From positions 13,144,001-13,208,000 of the forward strand of contig JBHGNT010000016.1 in NCBI GenBank assembly GCA_043228905.1: a DNA stretch of 64,000 nucleotides. Direction: 5' to 3'. Origin of the DNA: Azolla caroliniana. Taxonomy: Eukaryota; Plantae; Polypodiophyta. Positions 51,760 to 64,000 of the stretch are shown piece by piece (the stretch's first letter is position 1; each line of letters starts with the position of its first letter). Both the position numbers and the translations under genes were made by a program. The notes beneath the pieces are model-generated. The model was not told the origin of the DNA and made no database searches. It saw only the letters and a program-made list of their open reading frames with translations.

Positions 51760-52823
51760 CATGGAGGTTGAAGCTAATCAGTGGAAGTTCATTACTTCTG
51801 AATGGGATGTCAAACGTGTAGGGTCTCTTATAGTTAATCATTTGTTGACATCTTGGGAAAGTATGTTTGATTTTGTGCAATCCATCCTCCACAAGAAAGG
51901 GGATGTGTCAATTCATTATAAATGGAGGTGTTGGCAACATCAAGGTTATTGAGGTGGGAACTTCTTAACCTTCAATTTAGTCAGATGGCTAGATTGGGTT
52001 TAGTAATAGTCAAGGATGCTATGTTGGTGTCACAAAGAATATTAATGGCCTTTCGAACAACAAGATTAACATATCGTATTCCAAGAGTTTATACCTTTAT
52101 TTTGGATGAGTTGTGACAATTATTATCATCATATGAGCCAATTCCTAATTTAGATGGGGGACCTCAAGAGTTTGATTGGACATTTGTTAGAAAGAGGATA
52201 TTGACTATGATCTCTAACAAATGATGTTTATCTTGGCATTTTGGTGTTCCCAATTGATGCTACGAGCTAAGGTATTCATTTGGAGAGTTATGACTAGAGC
52301 TTAACCATTGGGGGATGCATTAAACAAAAGAAACATTGCTAGATGAATGTGTTTCTTTCGTTCGGTGGAATTGGAACATGGTAGGCATCGATTTCTTTCA
52401 TGCCCGATGTTTAGAATGGATTGGAGGTGTATCAAGTTAGTGTGGATTTCCTGAACTATAGTAAGACTATCTTTCTATAGTTGGGTTTTTGCACATATGG
52501 AGAAAATTCAACTGCTACCTCATGTCCAAATTATTTTTGTGTTCTTGAGGTATTGGGGCCTATGGTTCATAGTTATTCGCAAGTACTTCTTTTGTGGCAA
52601 TCGATAGTGCTATAGAAATCGCCAAATCTCAACCATCAAGAGGGAGACCTCTACAAGGTCGCATATCATCATATTCAACATTTGAATTGGTATGTAGGGT
52701 GGTTTGAGCTTGTAGTTGTTGTGGTATTTAGATCCATAGAAGTGTTTTATACTTGTTGTAAGCTAGACTTCATGGTGGTGTTTTTTTCTTTTTGTAATGA
52801 AATCCATTATTTATGAAAAAAAA
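51760..52823 (+). mobile_element. 5'-truncated L1 LINE remnant (zf-RVT region) with A-rich tail
   Basis: ~52255-52410 reads RAKVFIWRVMTRA*PLGDAL...ELEHGRHRFLSCP; ends in an A run at ~52817-52823. Confidence 0.6.
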
Positions 52824-52899
52824 GAGAGACAAACATGCATGCAGAGAGTACAAGAGCACACAAAGAGAATTAGAGGGGGAGATCATTATTTATAGGCTA

Positions 52900-53035
52900 A
52901 AAAGTAGTCATTTATGGGCGTCACTTTGCGACGGGGGTATAAAACATGTCGTTAATGGCATTGCACAATGATGGTACATAGGGGTGTGGTTAGCAACACA
53001 TTTTGGTGTTACTAAATTTTGATTCTATTGTAGTA
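52900..53035. mobile_element. Possible degenerate CACTA terminus
   Basis: tagcaacac...gtgttactaaa subterminal palindrome followed by ttctattgtagta, resembling TTTTCTTGTAGTG. Confidence 0.35.
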
Positions 53036-56000
53036 ATTAATAAACACTCATGATTGCTTTCTATTGATAAATCCTAACTAACAAATTAAAAAGAAATATG
53101 AGACAAACAAGGGAGAAAATAACTAATGTTACCCACTGAGATCCATTGGATTCAACTAGATCCTCATGAACATCACAAGATGCCACCTCTCATTGAAGCC
53201 ACATCTTACATTCTTATCCACCAATTCAATCGTCACTTAACTTTCTTAAATTACTACTTAACTATAGGTACTATCAATTTCCTAACTAGCTAGTTCATTA
53301 GTCAAAATCCAATCCTAGACAAATTCTTTTAGTTCTTATAATTATATTGTATAATACGATGGTGACATATTTGTGAAAGTATAAGATGTTCATCGAGGTG
53401 TTCAAGGGTTCAAGTCCTCCTTGTGATATTTGGTCATGAAAAACATTAAGATTCCAATTTGATCAAGATAAACATAATTGGGTCTTGGACAATGAAGAAG
53501 AGCATGAGAGCAACAAGTGTACTACCAAATGGATTGACTTATTGATAGTAATATGGCTTGATTAGATGAGGAGATAATGAATGTATCTACATCAACCATT
53601 TATATTTCGCCAATAGCTATACACTAGCCTATAATGTGTAAATGTTGATTGCATACTCCAAAAATCTCATTTTGAGTGTTCTATTTGGTGTTTTGCACAT
53701 TGGATATGTTTGTGAACGTGACAAATATATGGGTTAAATTGTATTCTTTTTTCGGTGGTCCCCTCCTATAGTAATTCTAATTTTATTGGTGTATTTTTGA
53801 ACAATCATTGCATGTACAATAGGTTTAATGGTTTTCAAGGTAAACAAACATGTGACAATTTACCAAATTTTACATTAGCCATAATTTGGGCTCATAATTG
53901 TGCCTCTTACAAATAGCATAGCATCAGTATATTTTTGTATTGGGGGTTGGTTCAAGACCGATGTGGTAAAATGTACAAAAACATATCAAAGATATATCAC
54001 CATAATGATCTTAGTGAGAGGATTCTAAACTTTCACTAAAATATCAACCATTGACAATTTGGGGTTGTGTGAAAGTTGTGAACTTTTTCTAAAAACAACA
54101 CCAAAAATGAGGTTTCAATTTAGATAAGATGTTACTCATTCATGATGCAAATGTTGTTTAAACATAACGTTAATTGCTCCCTCTATTTTTCACCAAATTA
54201 CAATTGAATTAAGTAACTATGGCAACAAGTGATTGATGTATTTAAATTAGTAGTGCATTTTCATCATCAACTGGATTGTACCATTTGAAGATATGTGTTG
54301 TTCACAATTGTGGTTGAAGATTCACAATTGCATGATATATTTATAAAAAGTATGGGACTAGGAAACAATTTTTTCATTAATGGGCGCTTGATTTCTACTT
54401 GTTTGGATTCAATTCTTGCAAAAAAAGAAAATTGAAATCACAAATTCATGTGATTATAAATTAGATTATATGATTTTGTTTGTAATCACATTAAAGTTTT
54501 GAACTCCGACAAGCGGAGTTGTTTTAAAGAAGAGGCCTATAGGTTCACATACTTTTAAAACAAAATGAGCTTTCGAAGTGAATGATCAATATTGCAGGAA
54601 AACCATACCCTTTTCCCTTCATCTAAAAAGTACACAATGATTGTACTTTCTTACAATACCCTTTCAAGGTCCACCTTTTTCCTTCCTCAGTGTAAATTTG
54701 TCACTTTATTACATGTTTGAGGTGTTTTGGTAGAAAAGGCTAGGCATCATCAATATAAATAACTATGTCAAGAGTTTTAAGTCTTACAAGATGCAATCAT
54801 GTACAAACGCTAGTTTGTGTTTTATTGTCATCTATCGAAAATGCATCACTATTTGCCCATGGCTCTCACCTTGCCAATAATATCTGATGTTCGCCAATTT
54901 CACTTGTGATCATCATGTTTTACTTGTATTTGCATAGAAATTGTATGAGACATGCATCAATATCTCATTACCAACATTGTTGAATTGATTATAAATATTT
55001 GTATAAGAAGATAATGAATATGTTATCCTTAAATCTAAAGAGATGACTATTAATTATGGCTATTGCCTATATTTTTCACATGGATCTAGAAATCACTACC
55101 TTATTTGAAATTCATCACTTTTATTTGTGCTCAAGAAGAATATTAAATTTGGTTGATATGCATCTTTTCTATTTCCAGGATTTTATATCCTACTTGCAAT
55201 ATTCGTTGAATGTTTGGAAGGGTGGTCACTAACTTGATACCTCCATATTAACTATTGTTTCAAAGGATAATAAGTTTTACATTAGTTTAATGTGGGTTTC
55301 CGTGAAAACGTTCACATGTACAACTTGACAGTGTGACACATTACCTTAACACAATGAAATTGTCATACAAATAAATCAATACATGTGATGGAGACGTTAA
55401 TTTACGAATCCATAAAATTTTACCCCTGAAGCCACATCTAGCTTCAAAATTTTGATCATTTATTGTTGATACAATGTCATGGGAGAACATTAATTATGTT
55501 CATGTTTGTGTCTTGTTTAAATGTTTTATTAAAGTACAACTTAGTTTTTTGCTTATGATTAGTATTTCATTTGTTTTGAAATGTCTTGCATTTAATATGT
55601 TCATAAAACCATACATGTTCTAGATAGGGCCACGTGATTTAATCATGTCAATAGCCCGCACCAAGAATCATGTGTAACCAAATTGCATTTGAGTACTCTA
55701 CAAGATTGTAGCAAGATTAGGAAACTTTTAACAGATTCTTATAACAAACATGTGTAAGTACTACTTTGCAAGCAATATCTTTCTATGCTAGATAGACACT
55801 ATTTCCCCAAACCAAGTTTTAAAGGTTATTGTAATACAACAATCTAAAACATAAGAATTCGCAAGGCAAAATAAATGCAATGCCAACCTCCGTTTTCCAT
55901 GCTTGCAAGTAATTAATAATTTGCATGTTTAGAATACAATCCACCTTTTTTAGTATATTGCTACAACATAAAAGAATAAACTCTCCTTTTCTCTTTGACT

Positions 56001-57697
56001 TCCTCTAGTTTACATAGTAATATAGCTCGAAAGTTTATAAAAAACGATTATGACCGTACTAATATTGAGGAGGTTGCATGTGTTTTTGTAGGGTTTACAT
56101 ATCGTTCAGGTCTTTTTTTGCGTCTTTTTCATCTTGAGGAATGACCTAGGATTAATGGACGAATAAATGCATGTTATCATATATATGGTGCTTTCATGCA
56201 ACATCACCAAAAGGGTATAAAAATGTGCTTGTCCAATCAATTAAAGTTCCACATTTCAAAATACCAGCTATTAATCACAATAAGCAAAGAAAAGGTGAGA
56301 TTCTAAATCCAGCTCCATGATGTGTTATGAATACAAGTTATCTTCAAAAGAAATGCCATCCAAGTGGATGAAACATCACGTTTTGATTTCATTTTGGTTG
56401 TTTATGCATGAGAATGGAGATTGTAAGGAGATACAAATGGAGATCACATGACATCATTTTCAAACCAATGTGTGTGAAACGTTATGGTGGCGAAAGGCTG
56501 CTTTCCAGCTAGAAAAGGTGAAGAAGTGACGATTGATGCATTATAAGATGTGAGTTTGAATCCACCATAATACTCTATATAATATATATGTGTCTTATCA
56601 CATTTGTATATATTGAACCCACTTGCTTTCAAATAATTAGGGGTAGCATATCGTAGTCAAACAATAGAATAGATTCATTGATGGGTTTTGAACAATGTGG
56701 TTCTTATCTCGATGAAAGGTGCCAATATTCAATATACAATACTCCGAGTCACCTAGTCCACCGGAATTTGTATGGAAGGATCATATTGTTCTCAACAATA
56801 TATTATCTTGATGACTTGAGCTACCAAATGATATTGTATGCCATCAATAACTTGAGGAGACTTATGGATGTCCCTTTGAGAACCATCATTGATCTCAGAC
56901 TCTTTAATGCTCCAACCCACAACATTGTTTATTTGACTTGATTGAAAAGGCGTGGATAAACATCGTATGTGACAACATCATGCATTGCTGGCACATAATA
57001 AATAAACAAAAGCACAATCACTTTATCGATGTCTAGTCTTAATAAGCTTTACAGTATGAGTTGGGCCACATAACACATGTGTGCGAGCATGTATGTATGT
57101 ATGTATTGTATGTATGCATGTATGTATGTATCTATCTATTTATTTAACCAAACGGGAGGGACCTTGGAGTGAGCATGTGTGTATGTAAATCATCTTATAC
57201 CGAGAACCTCAAAACACTCGTCTGTGTGTGTGTGTGTGTATACATGTAAACTTATAAAGAGCGGTTACAAGGTCAAGACTCAATAAATCTACTCAAAATA
57301 ATTCCAATTTATAATATAGAAAAAATATCAATAGTTAATTGTGATAAGAAGGGAAACTTATTGTGATTATATTCATATTTAATTAATAAAATTATAAATA
57401 ACAATCGTAAAGAAGTATGTATCATTGTATTGAGAAAACAAATAATGAGAGAGAGAGGGAGAGGGAGAAAGACTTTCTCTCTCTGTCTCTCACTGTGTAT
57501 GTATGTATTTCTGTGAGCACTTCATTCTCTCTGTCTATGCCTTTGTATCTTCTGGAAACAGAGTAAGAGCTTCTTTCTTCATATTTTAATTATTATTTAT
57601 TCAATTGTTTTGCATATGATATATAGGTGGGGAAGAAAAGCAAATCCCACGAATATTTTCTCTTCTTAATTTATAAACATTAATTGTATTTTGTTGA

Positions 57698-57702
<5 letters not shown>

Positions 57703-57742
<40 letters not shown>
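57703..57742. repeat. (GA)n microsatellite upstream of the SDR gene
   Basis: About 20 GA units; further GA/CT tracts at ~57447-57490. Confidence 0.9.
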
Positions 57743-57748
<6 letters not shown>

Positions 57749-57923
57749 TAGTACATGGAGGGTTAGTAGTTAGTACCAAGGAGTAATTATGATGCTTAAT
57801 GGTACTTTTATCTCTCATCATCATCATTGATGACTACATACATTGCAGATCTAGCTAGACAAAAAGAGAAAGCATACATACTAATCGAAGAAAGGCTAGC
57901 AATCTTATACATATATAGTACAC

Positions 57924-60900
57924 ATGAGATCATATCATCATTTTCGAAGAGATGGTGGTGTAGATGATGATGGCGATGACAATGATGATGATAAAAACAC
58001 ATTTAGGGTTGGGCTAGGTTGGACTGAGTGGATATTGGCATTGGCCCACGTGGTTCACGACACCTTGTTCCAGAGACTTTATGCTCGGCATCTCCCAACA
58101 CGCCTCCCATTGCCCGACCTCTCTACCCACACTTGCATCATCACTGGCGCCACAAGCGGCATCGGACTCGAAACCGCCAAGTAACTACGATAGCTAGCCA
58201 ACTTTCCTTTGGTGTTACTCATCTTTGTCGAGGATTTGTATATGCCACATCTAATTCATAAACTTACATGCATAGTAATCCGTGATGCTGCCATCTTTAT
58301 GAATGTATGTAATGTGTGTATTCATGTATGCATTAATTAATATATACATGTATCATCATGTATGTGAGTGTGTGTTTTCTTGGTTAAGTGTGTTTGTGTT
58401 TGCCACACAAGAAGTTATTGGCAAAAACTTAATGTCTTGTTAAAACATTATATGGAAAAACTCGATTACATTATTGAAAACTTCAATTATTGCCATGAAT
58501 AATTATTCTTAATTCACCAGGCAGCTCGCAGAAGCTGGAGCTCGAGTGATTCTCGCATGTCGAAACCTCAATGCAGCTCATGCTCTTGTGCAAGACTGGC
58601 GTCAACAAGCATATACACAATTGAATGTTGAGGTAAGGTACCGATGCAAGTTAGTTAATCGAGGAAAGATTGATTTGCTTGAACTCCTAATATGATGATG
58701 ATTCATAAGAAACCTTGAGGATTAATAACGGCAACAAATGGGAGCAATGATTTGACACAATAGTCTTAAGATAAATTATAACGAAACAAAGTGAACTAAA
58801 AAGTTGTATACAAAAAATATGTAGTACAAAATAATTGAACAAAATAAAATATCATCCAAAGATCCATATTATAATCATTTCTATTTTATTTATTATTTTT
58901 TCTCATAATTTCTTGAGTTAGTTCTTTTCTTTTTGTTTCCCTTGTATTTTGCAATTGCATTCTGATTTCATATTTAAATTTTAAACATAATTTTTGTTTT
59001 TCTTTGCACTTAGAATTTGATGTTAGACAATAATCTTGATTCATTTATTTATTCTTTTCTCGCACTTGAATTTGATTTTATACTAAGCCTTATGCATTCA
59101 ATTTGATCTTCTTTTCTGTTGTTGATGGTGTGACATGACATGGTGCATGATAATTATGATATGATAGGTTATGGAGTTAGATTTGCTTTGTCTTGCTTCT
59201 GTGAGGAAATTTGGTGCAACATGGGAGGCGAGACGATGTCCTCTCCACATCCTCATCAACAATGCTGGCATCCTATCCATTCTAGGTGAGAGAGATTGGG
59301 GTTTATGGTTAGCTTTTTATACTTTGTATAAGAATAAGATTAGGGTTTGAAGTTCGTAATGACAATATAGTTTGGGACTGGGTTTCGTTTTTGCATATTG
59401 TGTAAGAATAAGGTTAGAGTTTTGGTATTGTGATAGGTAAGAATAAGGTTAGGTTTTTGTGAATTTCAACGAACAATCATGTTAGGTTTTTGCAATATGG
59501 TCAAGGATAGATTTTTGCCTTGTGTTCATGAATAGGTCAAATTCAGTTAGTGTTTTCTAATGTGTGCAAGATAAGAGTCCAAATTTAGTTAGAGTTCACA
59601 ATGGCATTTTGTGTTTTGGTTGTGTGTTTTTCTCAAACAAAGGTTTCACTAAAAGTAGGATGTCATTTTTGAGCCACTTAGGGTTTGGGTTTTATGGTGT
59701 AGAGGGTACCTAATGAAGATATTTGATGGTGTAAGGGTCTATGTTAGGTTTTATTGCTTGAATATATATGTATAAGTGTGGTTCATATAAGATGAAAATT
59801 TTCCCAGCACCACAGAAATTCTCGAGGGATGGCTATGAAGAGCACATGCAAGTCAACCATCTTGCACCTGCTCTCTTGACTCTCTTGCTTCTTCCATCAC
59901 TCCTACGCTCAACCACTGCTCGTGTTGTCAATGTGAATTCAGATGTGAGTTTTTCATATATCATATTCCTTGAGTTCAATCTCTTTTTTTAGCTCGAATG
60001 CCCCTATGTTTTCATTATATTCCACAAGTGCCACTAGCCACCCACCCTTGGCAAAATGGTGATAAAAAGGGGACGATTTCATTTGCTCATTAAATAGCAC
60101 ATAATTTTTTGCTTTAGAGAAGGTTGAGCTAAGGGTATATCTTGGGAAACAATGGGATCTATAGTTGTTTTATGTACATCTATTTTCAATGTATCATTAT
60201 AAGTTTAACTTAAAGAGAGATCCTATACAATCTTTGTTTCATGCTATTGATATAGCCTTAAGGTCATGTAACCACATTAAATTGCTTCTTTTTGTTTTGG
60301 GAAAGCTTAGATGGAGTGCTTTGGAGCCATAGACCCTAATGACCTCAATCTCACCTCCAACAAACGCACTTATAACACCCTTGCAGCATATTCTGGAAGC
60401 AAACTTGCACAAGTAATTTATACCACGATAGTATTTACAACTTGTCTATGGCAATATGAAATGCTTCCAATGTTTTTTGTTTGATCTAAGTGTTTGTTTT
60501 CCGGGGGGTCATAATTAAACCTTGCAAAACAGATTTATTTTAGTTCTATCTTGGAGAAAGAGTTGATCCGTTACAAGAAATTGAGTGTGCATGTGATGTG
60601 CGTTCATCCCGGATTCGTGTTGACGAACATTGTACGTTTAATTTTTGTTCATTTTTCACCCAACTTTTTTGCAAATATGAAAATACATCATTAACATTTT
60701 TATGTCAACATGCAAAATTAATATTGTCATGTAATTGAGGAGTGATACAAATGCAAAAGAGATGATGGTGATGATATATAGATATATATATACATAGATA
60801 GATACATATATAATTATGATGGTGATGATATGTGTATATACATATGCATGTATCATTTATACCATATTCATAGAAGTGATGATGAATTATGTGGTACACA

Positions 60901-61539
60901 TACAAAACTTTGTCGATATGATATGATTTAAGATATTTAACATCTGAATTGCAGACACGGACTTTGCCAAGGTATTTACAACCTAGTCATAATTGCACCA
61001 GCAACATCTACTCTTTCAGTCCTCTAGAAGGTATTATGCATCTTATGACCAAATTTGTTTTCAAAACATGTATCCCGATACCCAACCTATGTATCTATGT
61101 ATATGTGTGTCTCATGTGCATTTGTAATGTACATTTTTGTATATTTAGTGACAATATATCATGTGATGTATGTGAGAAAAAAATAATGAGTGTATGTTCA
61201 AGTATGTGAGAAATGATCAAAAGTAAGTGCATGTATTTTCATGTGTGTGAATAATATGCGCACATTTTCATGTGTGTATTCTGGGGTCGAAATACAGGAG
61301 CTAGAAGTGTGTTGTTTTGTGCTACATCACACCAAGCATTAGAGCATGCCATGGAGCTAAGATCAGAAAATTGGCCAATTTGTCCGTTTTTCTCATCAAA
61401 TTGCAAGCCCATGGTGAGCTTAAAACGAGCTCGCGAAACAACCCTAGCCATGAGGGTGTGGGAAAGTACCTTAGAACTTGTGGGAATCCCCAGAGAGTAC
61501 ATAGTGAAGGTGATAGATGGATCTGTCACTCGACAATGA
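57924..61539 (+). CDS. FEY: FOREVER YOUNG-like short-chain dehydrogenase/reductase, 8 exons, 380 aa
   Basis: GT-AG exons 57924-58180, 58521-58632, 59168-59285, 59808-59944, 60311-60412, 60533-60631, 60955-61030, 61298-61539 total 1143 nt in frame. Motifs TGATSGIG, INNAG, VNVNS and YSGSK. LGWTEW..LFQR, GYEEHMQVNHLAPALL and WPICPF match Arabidopsis FEY as I recall it. Confidence 0.92.
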
Positions 61540-64000
61540 GAACTTAGATAGAACTATTGTTTTCTATATTTGATTAGCTTTTCCTATTTCATCGACATTT
61601 ATGAGTAAAAGAGTTGTTGAAACAATGAGTATAAAGACATTGAAAAGGATGTCCTAAAAAGTTTAGTATTCTTTTTAACCCTCTCATCTTGTTCCCGAGA
61701 GACTAAATCTAAATGGTGAGTACTTCGCATACATGGAAAGGGATTTCCATAGAAGTTTTGCCAATGTATACTATCATTCTTTCCGCATTGCTTACAATCA
61801 AAAACAATATTCAAGCCCTTCATTTCAGAGCATTCTTATACACATTTGTAGTACAAAGATATGCATACATCAACACATATGTATGTGTATATGGATGAAC
61901 AAATATGGGCTCACATTTTTATCCAAAAGTCAATGATGTGAGGAGATAGCCTTTGTACCATAAATTAATATAGTTGCGTTGCCACACAGTCACAACATAT
62001 ACGCACAACAATACTGCATCCACTACATTGTGCATAAATATATACAAACACACACAAGTATATAAATATGTGTATGGATAGTGGGTTTTACAAATTCAAA
62101 TGGAAAAGTTTTGACTGGCAATGAGATATTGATTGAATCATACTTGGTTGTAAGTTTACTACCATACAAGCATAAATTTTGCAACCATTTGCTACATTGT
62201 TTAAGCATGCTTCTGAAAGTGCTCAAAGGTTTGATCATAACTAATCCTCGTAGAATATTTAATACATCTATATTCTTGGCACCCATTTTCTGAATTATAT
62301 GTATATCAATCAATGGGTAAGATTCAAGAATTACTAAAATGTAGAGACATAAACAATGACAATGGTTCCTTGAGTCTCAACCATTGCAAAAATATGATAC
62401 TAATATCGAGGACCCCCACCAACCAAAGTTGCCCCACATATACATTCTAAAAGGATGCCTCACGCATTCAACCACGTGGCATTAATGATGAATTAGGCTT
62501 CACCTTTTCCCGTTGCTTGCATTTTTGTTCCCCCTTCCTCTTGTCATTCATGGAGCTTATGAGGGGATGCTTCACTTGTGCTGATTTTCACTTGTTTCAT
62601 GACCACTTCCACTATGAGTCCTAGCCTATGTGTTGTTATTGATTATCTCCTTATTCCCAAGACATTGTTCCTTTCACATGCTTTGTTGTAGGTTGGTTGG
62701 AGCATCTATAACGTTGACTACATTCTAGGATTAACAAGAACAAATGTTGGTGAAGTGCGACTGTGAATCGTGATTTATATCCTATGGTCTAGCTATCTCC
62801 TTTTTGGAAACACTATAGATTAGATGCGGATGAATATGCATAATGAAGCATGCAATAATTGTGAATTGCTCTAGCATGCACACTTGAACCAATACATGAA
62901 CTCTAAAAACGGGGAATTGGAGAGAAAAGCCCTTCGTCCAATCAACATGACTTGGGAGAGATGGGCAAGCTCATGGTTGACATATCATATTGTAGCAAAA
63001 CGTGAAACCTCTTCTTCGAATGGGTAAACTACATTCACAAATTATACATTCTACAAGGTGCCCCCTCTTTGCAAATTGCATAACTGTTTCGGTAGAGCAC
63101 AACTCACATTGTCTTTCGTTTTTCTAAAAACAAGTTTGCAACTCAGAATATCATGTCGGGTGCGATGTTGCACCTTCTACCATATTTGAGGCATTTCCAA
63201 ACATGTAACATGATATAAATGGGTTAAAAGAGTAAAGACACTTTTGTATGCCAAACAATATGATATGAACATAAGGAGTAGAACAGGGAGGGCGAAGGGG
63301 GCAATATGGTCTTCCTTCTCTTACTCCCTCTATAAAAACCACTAAACAAGGGTGATCCTTTTTTAAGCAAGAGGCAACCCAAAGTTAGATTGAACTTAGT
63401 ATTATGGATATGAGATGTAGTTTACCCTCCATTATGTTTAGTTGCAGTCAATTAATTGATAATATCGGTGTTGTTTGCCATTATTTACTCAATGCTTCTT
63501 GTTCTTGTATTGTTAAATCCTTCTTCCCATATCGTTAATCTTGTGCCAAACAGTGCAAGGGAAATATGGTCCAAGGCAGTGCACAAAGTGCACCAGATGT
63601 CAAACAAGTGGAACATTGTGAGCAGATGAAGGCATCACAACCCGTGATTGGTTAAGAATAAGATCCATCTATCTTTACATTTAGCTTTGGAGCTATAGTT
63701 TTTTACATATATCAGTATGTTACACAAGAGAGAAATGGATCTATTGCAAATTTTTATTGTCACACAACTGTTTCCATTTATATGTTACACTAGCTAATCA
63801 TGAAACCTTTTTGTTGTCTAATAAGATTAAACATGTTTGTGCGGTATTTGATATGAAAACACAAATTTTTAACCAATATGCATATGATTCCTTAAAATTT
63901 TGGTCTTTAATCCCCTTTGCTATAAGTCCTATTTCGATTCCCTTTTTAGCTTTGGGTTACGTAGTATAAAAGGATAATATATGTAGTGCCCAATGACGCA

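Noticed and set aside
53355-53425. B-box-like GGTTCAAGTCC, possible SINE or another tRNA-like LTR
   Set aside because: No convincing A box, termini or TSD found by eye.
53500-57000. Degraded coding-like patches
   Set aside because: No motif could be assigned; probably ancient TE debris, and a BLASTx search would be needed.
61599-64000. Short ORFs downstream of the SDR gene
   Set aside because: AT-rich, short, with no motifs or consistent splice structure.

Overview
Eukaryotic, plant-like DNA. The TE protein families and the gene point to a land plant, plausibly a non-seed plant such as a fern or bryophyte (inference). Positions ~1-53,000 are a deeply nested pile of transposons: Ty1/Copia and Ty3/Gypsy elements, seven or more solo LTRs with readable target-site duplications (TSDs), a hAT transposase relic, a hAT MITE and an L1 3' fragment. 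Positions 57,924-61,539 hold an intact 8-exon FOREVER YOUNG (FEY)-like short-chain dehydrogenase gene (380 aa). Main observations: (1) five LTR elements from at least two distinct groups carry an antisense tRNA-like A-box/B-box module upstream of their TATA box; (2) a non-autonomous element has a Tf1-type 11-nt self-priming site, and a related solo LTR seems to preserve the primer joined to minus-strand strong-stop DNA as a hairpin; (3) a young Gypsy has a 4-bp TSD, a tRNA-Ala PBS and a TAATG gag/pol junction; (4) a solo-LTR group with 4-bp TSDs inserted at ACGT/CCGT sites; (5) a ~2-kb diverged palindrome of Copia integrase sequence. Coordinates were read by eye, and boundaries without a TSD are approximate.
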